A stretch of DNA of 32,000 nt from Candidatus Saccharimonadota bacterium (GTDB lineage Bacteria > Patescibacteriota > Gracilibacteria > UBA1369 > 2-02-FULL-48-14). Within the stretch, counting starts at the first letter, position 1; every line of letters starts with the position of its first letter. Where the stretch lies: the NCBI GenBank assembly GCA_016699145.1, contig CP064962.1, positions 690,001 through 722,000 of the forward strand, read 5' to 3'. Below, one piece after another: positions 6,837 to 14,873 of this stretch. Position numbers and translations under genes: made by a program. A model generated the notes under the pieces. It saw only the letters and a program-made list of their open reading frames with translations. It did no database searches and was not told the DNA's origin.

Positions 6837-7007
6837 TTATTCAGCATCTTCTTCACCAGCAACTTCTGGAGTTTCAGCAGGTGCAGTGTCTTCCATGGCA
6901 CCACCTACATCGTCGGTAGCAGGCTCGGTTCCTCCTTCGCTGTTACAACCAGCGAGCATGAGAGCCATAACTCCGAAAGATGCAAGGAGCATTTGCAAGC
7001 GTTTCAT
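6837..7007 (-). CDS. Small (56-aa) acidic lipoprotein
   Basis: Hand translation gives MKRLQMLLASFGVMALMLAGCNSEGGTEPATDDVGGAMEDTAPAETPEVAGEEDAE*, with lipobox LAGC. It is below the 60-aa cutoff of the ORF track. The track ORF 6886..7077(+) is its antisense shadow. A terminator follows. Confidence 0.6.
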   Translation of the reverse strand: MKRLQMLLASFGVMALMLAGCNSEGGTEPATDDVGGAMEDTAPAETPEVAGEEDAE

Positions 7008-7106
7008 GGTTAGCGTGTTAAAGAATAAAACTGGTCAAAAGTCTAGACGCGAGTGGACACCTTGTAAACAGATATGAAGACAAGTACCGTTGCCTAAATA
7101 GTAAAA

Positions 7107-7135
7107 TTGACGGCTATTTATCTTCCCCTTATGCT
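7107..7135 (+). promoter_or_regulatory. Sigma70-like promoter TTGACG-N17-TATGCT ending 6 nt before the smpB ATG (leaderless geometry)
   Basis: TTGACG at 7107-7112, a 17-nt spacer, then TATGCT at 7130-7135. The ATG is at 7142. Confidence 0.4.
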
Positions 7136-7141
7136 CGAATC

Positions 7142-7585
7142 ATGCAAAAAAGTCTAGTACAAAACCGACGGGCACGTTTTGATTATGAAGTCCTGGAGCG
7201 CTTTGAGGCGGGCATCGTGCTCAAAGGCCATGAAGTGAAATCCATAAAAAAAGGCGGAGCCCATTTCACAGGAGCCTACATCACAGTGGACAAAGGGGAG
7301 GCTTTCATCAAACACTTCCACGTCGCCCCTTACGAGCACGCAAATCTGGAGGGATACGACCCCGAAAAAACACGAAAACTCCTGCTTCACAAAAAAGAGA
7401 TCTTAAAAATTGCTGGCGCTTTAGACACCAAGGGTGTTACGGTGGTCCCTCTGGAATGTGGCTTAGTGAAGGGCAAAATAAAGATCGATATAGCCATCGG
7501 TCGGGGTAAAAAACAATACGACAAACGCGACAGCATCAAAAAACGCGACTTGCAGCGCCACATCGAAACCTCCCTTCGCGACTAG
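7142..7585 (+). CDS. smpB: SsrA-binding protein SmpB (trans-translation)
   Basis: NRRARFDYEVLERFEAGIVLKGHEVKSIK and the basic C-terminal tail are characteristic of SmpB. 147 aa. Confidence 0.92.
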   Translation: MQKSLVQNRRARFDYEVLERFEAGIVLKGHEVKSIKKGGAHFTGAYITVDKGEAFIKHFHVAPYEHANLEGYDPEKTRKLLLHKKEILKIAGALDTKGVTVVPLECGLVKGKIKIDIAIGRGKKQYDKRDSIKKRDLQRHIETSLRD

Positions 7586-7606
7586 ACACGCTAACTCCCA
7601 CGCCTT

Positions 7607-8434
7607 ATGAATCCGCAAAACAGCCTGTACACGACCTTGATGCAAGAGCTGCATCATTACGCCAAAGAAAATCAACATCAACGCATCGTGCTCGGCCTTT
7701 CAGGTGGACTGACCAGCGCCGTAGCCCTATGTCTAGCCGTGCGCACTTTCGGACCGAAAAATGTCACTGCCCTCCTCCTTCCCGAAATGGGCATCACTCC
7801 TCACGATGACATCGATCACGCTCGAGCCCTCGCCCAACATTTCGGCTGCACTCTGCACTACCAACCCATCAACAATTTTCTTGTGGATCATCATTTTGTG
7901 AGTTGGGATAAAGGAGACGAAGCGCTTGAGAAACTCAAAGCTCGCGTGCGCAGCATGCTCATCCATCATTATGCCGAAAGCATGAATGCCATGGTGCTCG
8001 GCACCGCCACAAAGAGCGATTTGCTGCTGGGTCTCGGCACTCGCGATGGTGAATTCACAGGTGAATTGCACGTGCTCGGCGACCTTTACAAAACCGACAT
8101 TAGCGAACTCGGACGTTGGATCGGTCTACCCGAAGAGCTCTTTGAAAAATCTGCCTCTCGCAACTTGCGACCCAATCAAAACGATGAAGACGATTTGAGC
8201 GGCCCTTGGGCCAAAGTGGATGAGGTTTTAAAGAAACTCGCCGAAGGCGGAGACCCCGAATCCCTCATCCAAAAAGGATTGGATCCCTTGCTCGTGCACA
8301 AAATCGTCCGCCTACTGGACCAAAACGAAGGTGGCATGAAAGAAGTGCTCGTTATAGACGTGAGCCGCCTGCCGAGCACACAAAACGAATCCATCAGCAA
8401 AGCCCAAGAAGCCGAGGCGTCTACTTTGCTTTAG
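7607..8434 (+). CDS. nadE: NH3-dependent NAD+ synthetase
   Basis: 275 aa, with the N-type ATP-pyrophosphatase fold pattern IVLGLSGGLTSAV...GTATKSDLLLG...GDLYKTDI. The PP-loop is the variant SGGLTS. Confidence 0.8.
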   Translation: MNPQNSLYTTLMQELHHYAKENQHQRIVLGLSGGLTSAVALCLAVRTFGPKNVTALLLPEMGITPHDDIDHARALAQHFGCTLHYQPINNFLVDHHFVSWDKGDEALEKLKARVRSMLIHHYAESMNAMVLGTATKSDLLLGLGTRDGEFTGELHVLGDLYKTDISELGRWIGLPEELFEKSASRNLRPNQNDEDDLSGPWAKVDEVLKKLAEGGDPESLIQKGLDPLLVHKIVRLLDQNEGGMKEVLVIDVSRLPSTQNESISKAQEAEASTLL

Positions 8435-9224
8435 GAACACAAAGGCGAGTGACACGATGCTTATTGAAATCTTCCACATGCACCCGCTGAGCTTTTTTGC
8501 TGCCTGAGCCTGGGAAGCTCATCACTTCAGCCGTTCCTTTTGCTTTATCAATCCACTTCTTAAAAATAACGCTGTGTTCTCCTCCGTAAGGATTGCCATT
8601 CCAAATGTAAAGCCACGCCCCAGGAACAATCTGTTCATGATCTAAACGCCCAATGGCTTTAGGGTGATTGGCCGTTTTCTCTTGATACAGCACAGGCCCG
8701 GCTTTCACTCCCGCTGCATCGTATACTCTATCCACCCAATCCCAACAAGAACCCGCTTTCCCCTGGCGGTTATAAACCCGCTCTTTCATGGCAATGGATG
8801 TCATCCCGGCTTCCACAATGCGGTTGCCCAAATCCTTGATCTTAGAAAAATCGATGTCCTTGAATTGCACCTCCTTGTCACCAATCTTCAAACGAGAAGG
8901 CTTCCCCTCTTCCACAATCAAATTGCGCGACGCATCCACCGTTTCATCCTCTGACAAAGGGTCTAGATTGAATAAGGTGCAAACCAAATTAACAACCGCT
9001 TTCAACTGCTTGGCGCCCATGTCATAAGAAGTGGCATCCGGATCGGTATTCTCACCAAAGGCTTCCGCCACCTTCCCCAAACGTTCCGCCAACCGAGCGT
9101 TGCGCTCATCCAAACGCATATCCACTTCTTTTCGAGCCCCTCCAATCACTTCTTGAGCCAGACGGGCCAAGCCCGAAATGACAGAGTTCCCTTCATTCGA
9201 TTCTGGAAGATTTGTTTCAGGCAT
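8421..9224 (-). CDS. NlpC/P60- or CHAP-like papain-fold cell-wall peptidase candidate, no signal peptide
   Basis: The C-terminal ~110 aa carry a Cys...His arrangement: KAGSCWDWVDRVY, then about 50 aa, then GGEHSVIFKKW. This is typical of NlpC/P60-type amidases. The N-terminal 150 aa are unassigned. The gene is adjacent to, and co-oriented with, an SLT-domain gene. Confidence 0.45.
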   Translation of the reverse strand: MPETNLPESNEGNSVISGLARLAQEVIGGARKEVDMRLDERNARLAERLGKVAEAFGENTDPDATSYDMGAKQLKAVVNLVCTLFNLDPLSEDETVDASRNLIVEEGKPSRLKIGDKEVQFKDIDFSKIKDLGNRIVEAGMTSIAMKERVYNRQGKAGSCWDWVDRVYDAAGVKAGPVLYQEKTANHPKAIGRLDHEQIVPGAWLYIWNGNPYGGEHSVIFKKWIDKAKGTAEVMSFPGSGSKKAQRVHVEDFNKHRVTRLCVPKAK

Positions 9225-9226
9225 AT

Positions 9227-10279
9227 TTAAGATTCCAATTCAGTTTGATAAAGAGTCGCAACATCTTGAACTCGTGCAGCCATGTTTTCGATGACAGTGG
9301 CATAGTCTTTAAAAGATTCTATTTTGGGCGCTCCAAACGAAGGGTACGCCTTGCCCAAATAATTCTCAGGCACCGTACCTTCCGTGCCATCTTGGCGATA
9401 TTTTGTCAAAACTTTGGCTCCCCCGGCTCCTTCATGGTGAGCTTCATAAAGCCGTGCTGCATAATCCGACTGTTCAGGGTTCAAAGCACAGGCATCGGTA
9501 TTTTTTCGACAATACCAGGCCATAGCCGTGATCGCTGCTTCCGGATCGGTCCGCGGCTTGTCTTTTAGAGGGTCGCCTGCAGACAAGCTGTTTTGAAACT
9601 CATTCCATGTGCCATCAATAAACTGCCCAAGGCCCAAAGCTGAACTCGTTTCAGCCTTTGCCTTCGGGTCGAAACGTGACTCATGCCGCATAATCGCCAA
9701 AATAATGGCCGGCCCTTTGGGTCCAAGGTCATAACGTGCTGCCGCCTTGCTTGCCATTTCAATCCAGGTGGGATTTTTCTCTTGCAACTCTTTCAACTTT
9801 TGCTTGGCTGAATTGAGAAGCTCCTCTTTGGGTTTTTCATCCTCATCCTCATCCTCATCCTCATCGCCTCCTTCCTCTTCCCCATACCCAAACCACAGTT
9901 TCATGGCATACCAGATGGTGGACCCCATAGCAGCAGCCCAGCCTTCTGTTTCCTCGATCTTCATAAAATGTTCATAAATTTTTCGAAGCATGTCCTCTTT
10001 CTCACCTTCTGGATTCCCTCCTTCCGGAGTCACTGGATTTTGCGAAGTAGCCCCTTCCAGTCCTTCCTTCAAAACCTTCTCAGCCTCTGCACGATCTGCT
10101 TCTTCTTGCGCTTTCTTGGCCTTCTCGTTTTCCTCGCGCGCCTTCCGTGCCTCCTCCGTTTCCTGGACCGGTTCAGCACTCTCAGGTTTGCCTGGTTTAC
10201 CTGTAATCGCCTCGCCACCCTGTTTTTGAGCTTCCGTTTTTGGAGGTTCTACCGAACTGATCGTTTCCGTCCCAGACAT
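9227..10279 (-). CDS. Lytic transglycosylase (SLT/GH23 domain) with a long acidic low-complexity N-terminal half
   Basis: The C-terminal domain AIILAIMRHESRFDPKAKAETSSALGLGQFIDGTWNEF...AMAWY matches the SLT motifs ES / GLMQ-like / AY. The N-terminal half is E/K-rich and contains a GGDEDEDEDEDEK run. There is no N-terminal signal peptide. Confidence 0.7.
   Translation of the reverse strand: MSGTETISSVEPPKTEAQKQGGEAITGKPGKPESAEPVQETEEARKAREENEKAKKAQEEADRAEAEKVLKEGLEGATSQNPVTPEGGNPEGEKEDMLRKIYEHFMKIEETEGWAAAMGSTIWYAMKLWFGYGEEEGGDEDEDEDEDEKPKEELLNSAKQKLKELQEKNPTWIEMASKAAARYDLGPKGPAIILAIMRHESRFDPKAKAETSSALGLGQFIDGTWNEFQNSLSAGDPLKDKPRTDPEAAITAMAWYCRKNTDACALNPEQSDYAARLYEAHHEGAGGAKVLTKYRQDGTEGTVPENYLGKAYPSFGAPKIESFKDYATVIENMAARVQDVATLYQTELES
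9838..9864. repeat. Hexanucleotide microsatellite (CATCCT)x4.5 inside the SLT gene, encoding (ED)n
   Basis: catcctcatcctcatcctcatcctcat read directly from the sequence. It is in frame and translates to DEDEDEDED on the minus strand. Confidence 0.9.
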
Positions 10280-10282
10280 AAC

Positions 10283-10298
10283 AAAGATTTAAATCTTT
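10283..10298. promoter_or_regulatory. Perfect 16-bp palindrome AAAGATTTAAATCTTT in the divergent spacer
   Basis: It lies 3 nt upstream of the SLT-gene ATG (10279, minus strand) and 66 nt upstream of the mutase ATG (10365, plus strand). Confidence 0.3.
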
Positions 10299-10364
10299 AA
10301 ATTATACCACTTTTGGAAGGATTTTTCCAGAGTGATCTGCTAAGCTACTGTCACACTCAAACAC

Positions 10365-11780
10365 ATGATTCATCCGCACATTTTTCGCGCTTACGACATT
10401 CGAGGCATCGCCCACACTCCCGAACCCGGAAATAATCCCGATTTGACCCCCGAAAGCATCCGTGAAATCGCCAAAGCCACTGGCACTTACCTGAAGCGCC
10501 GCTACGGCAAACATCTCGCCCTCGGCTACGATTGTCGCCTCAGCACCCCCGAACTCAGCGCAGCTTTCCGAGCAGGCTTGCAAGAAGTGGGCATCGAAAC
10601 AACGGTACTCGGTCTCGTGACCACTCCAATGCTTTATTTCGCAGTGGCACAACTCGGCTTCGACGGCGGCGTGATGATCACCGCTAGCCACAATCCCAAG
10701 GAGTACAACGGCGTGAAAATTGTCGGGCCTAAAGCTCACTCCATCTGTGGAGAAGAACTGCAAGTGATTCTAAAAATGATCCAAAAACAGGATTACGAAC
10801 TCACCGACGAGCAGCTTCCCGAAAAAACCTTGGAACTGTTCCCTATTTATCTCGAAAACCTCAAAAAAATCGCCCACGTGGAGCGCCCTTTAAACATTGT
10901 GGTGGATGCAGCCAACGGAGCTGCCAGCGACTTCGTTCGACCTCTTTTTGAAGCCCTGGGCTGTCACGTGACAGCACTCTTCGACACCCCAGACGGTACC
11001 TTTCCCAATCACGAAGCCAACCCCGAAGAATTGGCCAATATGCAAGATTTGATTCGCGCCGTACAAGAACAAAAAGCAGACCTGGGTCTCAGTTTTGACG
11101 GCGATGGAGACCGTGTGGGTGTGGTGGATGAAAAAGGCAAGCACTACAGCGCCGATCTCCTGCTTTTGCAACTGGCTCGCGACCTCTTAAAACGCCATCC
11201 CGGCGCCAAAATCGTCTTCGACGCCAAGACCTCTCAAGTAGTGATCAACGACATTGCGGCGCACGGCGGAGTGCCTCTTATGGCAAAAACTGGCCATTCT
11301 TTTATTGAACAAAAACTCCGCGAAGAAGGTGCTTTACTCGGAGGAGAAATCAGCGGCCACCTCTTTTTTGCCGAAAATTATCACGGCTTCGACGATGCTT
11401 TTTTGGGGGCCGCTCGCTTGCTGGAATTGCTGTCCAAATCTCAAGTGCCCTTCTCAGAGCTTTATAAAGACGTGCCCGTGACGGCTTGCACTCCCGAGTT
11501 CAAATCTCCTTGCCCCGACGACAAAAAATTCGCCATTGTGCAGCAAATTCAAAAAAATCTCACTCAAAAATACCCCTGCATCACCCTGGATGGGGTGCGC
11601 GTCAACTTTGACGCCCAGTCTTGGGGTGCGGTACGCTGTAGCAACACCTCCCCCAACCTCACTCTGCGCTTCGAAGCCCCGAATGAAACTCGCCTCAAAG
11701 AAATCATAAAACTCATGCTCGAAGAACTGGAGAAATATCCCGAAATAGACCTGTGGTGGAGCGCCCCTTATAAAAACTGA
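10365..11780 (+). CDS. Phosphomannomutase/phosphoglucomutase (alpha-D-phosphohexomutase family)
   Basis: Active-site loop TASHNPKEYNGVKI, metal loop GLSFDGDGDRVGVVD and sugar loop GGEISGH. 471 aa. Confidence 0.9.
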   Translation: MIHPHIFRAYDIRGIAHTPEPGNNPDLTPESIREIAKATGTYLKRRYGKHLALGYDCRLSTPELSAAFRAGLQEVGIETTVLGLVTTPMLYFAVAQLGFDGGVMITASHNPKEYNGVKIVGPKAHSICGEELQVILKMIQKQDYELTDEQLPEKTLELFPIYLENLKKIAHVERPLNIVVDAANGAASDFVRPLFEALGCHVTALFDTPDGTFPNHEANPEELANMQDLIRAVQEQKADLGLSFDGDGDRVGVVDEKGKHYSADLLLLQLARDLLKRHPGAKIVFDAKTSQVVINDIAAHGGVPLMAKTGHSFIEQKLREEGALLGGEISGHLFFAENYHGFDDAFLGAARLLELLSKSQVPFSELYKDVPVTACTPEFKSPCPDDKKFAIVQQIQKNLTQKYPCITLDGVRVNFDAQSWGAVRCSNTSPNLTLRFEAPNETRLKEIIKLMLEELEKYPEIDLWWSAPYKN

Positions 11781-11782
11781 GC

Positions 11783-11998
11783 ATGGATCTAAACGAAATC
11801 GTCATCGGAATACTACTGCTGGGCGCCCTCATCACCTTCAATTTTTACGCCTTCTTGGCCGTGCGCCACGCTGCTCGTTTTCGTTACCTCAGCCGTCGTT
11901 GCGTCTTTCTCACGCTGTTTTTTGTCACTCTAAGCGCCCTGCTCATCGCAGGATGCCTAGGTGTTTACATCAATATCGTACTTGCGAGCGGAATATAG
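11783..11998 (+). CDS. Small two-TM membrane protein
   Basis: 71-aa ORF starting 2 nt after the mutase stop. It has two hydrophobic helices. Its 3' end overlaps the convergent 933-aa gene by 29 nt. Confidence 0.4.
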   Translation: MDLNEIVIGILLLGALITFNFYAFLAVRHAARFRYLSRRCVFLTLFFVTLSALLIAGCLGVYINIVLASGI

Positions 11999-14771
11999 GC
12001 AAGCTGTCCGGTGGAGTGTAATCTAGAATGAAGGAATTGTAATGACCATTTTCCTGCCCATACTCAGACAGTCTTTGACCGTCTGAACATTCCTCAGGCT
12101 GAGCACTGGTATCGGGCATGCCCGTGGAAAGCAGCGGATAGCAAAGTCGGTATTGGCGCAGCAAATTCAAATCATGCTCCCGAGCAAGAGCATAGCCGCT
12201 GCGCAAAGAGCCATCCTGCAAAGTGTAGGCGGAAGCACTGCCCACTTGCGTACCGTCCCCTCGATCCAAATACCCGTCTCCATCGGCATCAAAACTGCCA
12301 TTCACGGTATTGCGAGCCACCAAGGATCCATTCAAATACAACTGATTGAGCAAAGTGGCGATGCGCACCTCATCATTGACCCAATAAGGCTCTTCTTCAT
12401 AGGTAGAAACTCCATCGTAACTGTAGAAAGCTCCATCCAAAAAGAAATTGGCATAGAGTTCCACCACATTCGGCGCCACATACACATTCCCTCCAAGGCC
12501 TTCGTCTTGCAGCACAATCACCCCTAAACGACCATTGGTGAGATCGCCATTGATGTACACATTGCCCCCGAGCACGACCAAGGTTTTGTCATTGAAAGCA
12601 GAAGACCCTTCCACAATCACATCACCTTCCGCAATGACCAAACGCCCATTCATGAGTTCTCGCAAGCCAGAACTGGGCTCCATGGATGAATCCAAAGTAC
12701 CGGAACTGGCATTTTGCCCCAGCATGTAACGCACAATTTGAACGTAAATTTTATTGCGAAGTTTAATGGTTTCCGTCGAACCTAAAACCGAAATTTCTTC
12801 GGTGTTGGGCAAAATCGTCTCATCGTTCAAAACTTCACTGATGGCTCCCATGACTTTCATCACTTGAGGGTCCGTGTGGCGATCCACAATATTGAGATAA
12901 GCAGTGTAATAACAAGAAGGAGCACTGAAACGGTAAACCGAAACCGCATCGCAAACCCATTGCTCCACCGTGGGGCTATGAACGGTATTGGAAGCTGAAC
13001 CCGTAGGGGCGCTTCCCTGACAAGCGGCATCCTTTTGAAGATAACCCAGGGTATAAGCATTGGGTGAAATCACAGAGTAAGAAGCGCCATAAGTGCCCGC
13101 TGCGAGCGTATCGCTGCGTCGTCCACAATCCGGAACCATGCCACTGTCGGCCGTGTCCATAATGAATGCTTGATCGTTCACAGAAACACTGGAAGAACTG
13201 GAGGTGGCTTCCGATTGATAATTCACACTGAGAGCAGGTTTGGCAGGCACGGATTGATCCAAAGCTTCATCCGAAACAGTACGCAAGACAGCAGCCGCAC
13301 TCAAGCTTTGAGGCTTGGTGGGGTCTTCAGAAATTTGTGTGTATTCCTCTCCATCGTAAAGACTGACAAAACGCGTGGTGGTGAAGCGAGGTTTATAACT
13401 CAAATAAATGCCGTCTTCAATGCCATCGTCGTCATAATCTCCATTGTAAGTGGGGTAGTAATAATAGGCAGTGACTCCGGCAAATTCAGCGGATTCAAGT
13501 GTGCCCTGGGTGGTGCTCACCGACATACTGCGGTCTGAATCGAAGGTGAAAGTCATGTTCAAAATTTCAAGCCCAATGCTGTTGCGACTCGCCGATCGTT
13601 CGTAAAAAACATCGGCTTTGTTATAAAGCGTTCCTCCGGGGTAAGGACAATTTTTCTGCGCTGTTGCATGATCCACTTCAAACCATTGATCGCGATAAAT
13701 CCATCGGCATCCCTCTCGATCGGTTAAATTTTCAAAATCCAAATCGCTGTCACTATTGATACCCAGCATGTTGGACGTGGGTGCTCCCGAAAAAATAAAG
13801 AGGTTGGCACTCCAAGAGCCATCCACCACTTCGGTCATGGAACAATAAGCGCTGGCCAAATCGGTGCATCCCACAGAAGGATTGTAAGCAGAAACCATAA
13901 CAGGATCGCCCGTATTTTCAATTTGATTCAAAAACATATCCCCCACCAAACTGGGCGTGAAATTCAAGCTGCCGGCCACAAAGTCATCTTCATCTAAAAA
14001 CTGATGGGCCGTCGCATCCCAAAATTGAACCCGAATGCGCCAATAATCATATCCATCCGCCAAAGGAGCCGTATCCAAATCCACCGCATTGGGCCCGAGT
14101 TCGGTGTCACTGGCAAAAATATCCACATACACTTCCACTTCATGCGGAGGCAGTTCCATGGTCAATTGACGGAAAGAAATGAAACCCATGTCGTCATTCC
14201 AGGCATAACCAGTTACAAGTCCCGTGTCCAAATCCGTTCTCACTCGGTAGGATTGATTGTTGATCCCACTGCCACAACTGGTTCCAGAGCCCGAAAAAGC
14301 GTCGCCCATCACACAGTTCCAATCGAACCACACCCAGCGATTCGTGCCGGGATAGCTCGCATCCGTAATATAACCATAACCGGACCACTGCCCTGTCGTT
14401 TGATCCACAACAGCCCCGTAATTGGAGCCCACCAAATCCACAGTGTAGCTCACTGCAGAGCCCACGCGTACTCTCACATGTGAGTCCCGATCAGAAGACA
14501 GAGACAACACAGGTGCCTCATATTCATAAAAATACCCACTCTCATCCGCACAAGCTTGATTGGCATCGGGAACCGCATCAGCATCGACATACATGCTGTT
14601 GTAAGGCAAAGAGCCTCCCATCAAAAACCCACAAGGATCACTGGTTTCAAATCCATCTCCAGGCGTATCTCCGCCAAAAATAACGGCAGAGGCGGACTGA
14701 CTGTTCGAAAAATACAATCCTGCAACGGTTAAAGCCGTCAACAGAAAGACGAGGGGGATGTTTTTTTTCAT
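11970..14771 (-). CDS. Large (933-aa) secreted orphan protein with beta-helix-like and Ca-binding-like segments
   Basis: Signal peptide MKKNIPLVFLLTALTVAGLYFSNSQSASA. The protein is Cys-rich. It has DxDxDG-type loops DADGDGYLD (12264-12290) and DYDDDGIEDG. A repetitive G/N/V-rich stretch, GDVIVEGSS..LVVLGGNVYINGDL..GVIVLQDEGLGGNVYVAPN, suggests a beta-helix. Confidence 0.75.
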   Translation of the reverse strand: MKKNIPLVFLLTALTVAGLYFSNSQSASAVIFGGDTPGDGFETSDPCGFLMGGSLPYNSMYVDADAVPDANQACADESGYFYEYEAPVLSLSSDRDSHVRVRVGSAVSYTVDLVGSNYGAVVDQTTGQWSGYGYITDASYPGTNRWVWFDWNCVMGDAFSGSGTSCGSGINNQSYRVRTDLDTGLVTGYAWNDDMGFISFRQLTMELPPHEVEVYVDIFASDTELGPNAVDLDTAPLADGYDYWRIRVQFWDATAHQFLDEDDFVAGSLNFTPSLVGDMFLNQIENTGDPVMVSAYNPSVGCTDLASAYCSMTEVVDGSWSANLFIFSGAPTSNMLGINSDSDLDFENLTDREGCRWIYRDQWFEVDHATAQKNCPYPGGTLYNKADVFYERSASRNSIGLEILNMTFTFDSDRSMSVSTTQGTLESAEFAGVTAYYYYPTYNGDYDDDGIEDGIYLSYKPRFTTTRFVSLYDGEEYTQISEDPTKPQSLSAAAVLRTVSDEALDQSVPAKPALSVNYQSEATSSSSSVSVNDQAFIMDTADSGMVPDCGRRSDTLAAGTYGASYSVISPNAYTLGYLQKDAACQGSAPTGSASNTVHSPTVEQWVCDAVSVYRFSAPSCYYTAYLNIVDRHTDPQVMKVMGAISEVLNDETILPNTEEISVLGSTETIKLRNKIYVQIVRYMLGQNASSGTLDSSMEPSSGLRELMNGRLVIAEGDVIVEGSSAFNDKTLVVLGGNVYINGDLTNGRLGVIVLQDEGLGGNVYVAPNVVELYANFFLDGAFYSYDGVSTYEEEPYWVNDEVRIATLLNQLYLNGSLVARNTVNGSFDADGDGYLDRGDGTQVGSASAYTLQDGSLRSGYALAREHDLNLLRQYRLCYPLLSTGMPDTSAQPEECSDGQRLSEYGQENGHYNSFILDYTPPDSLPIFRSQVRY

Positions 14772-14798
14772 TGTGGCGTGAAAATGGATGCTCTCATC

Positions 14799-14873
14799 CT
14801 AGAGCTTAACTCAAAAAAAAACCAGATAAAAACGTTGGAGGCTGCTGCGGATCTTTTTTGAGATGGCCTCTAG
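14799..14873. repeat. 75-bp imperfect palindrome: copies 2 and 3 of the CTAGAG-N5-CTC-poly(A) motif in inverted orientation
   Basis: CTAGAGcttaaCTCaaaaaaaaa (14799-14821), then 32 nt, then ttttttGAGatggcCTCTAG (14854-14873). It fills most of the 98-nt topA/giant-gene spacer. The topA stop TAG (complement of 14870-14872) lies inside the right arm. Confidence 0.85.

Noticed and set aside
7008-7141. tmRNA (ssrA) next to smpB
   Set aside because: The spacer is only 134 nt upstream and 21 nt downstream, too short for a tmRNA of about 350 nt. No tRNA-like acceptor or T-arm is seen.
9838-9864. CRISPR-like or other non-coding repeat array
   Set aside because: It is a 6-nt in-frame coding microsatellite with no spacers. 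No repeat-spacer architecture exists anywhere in the window.
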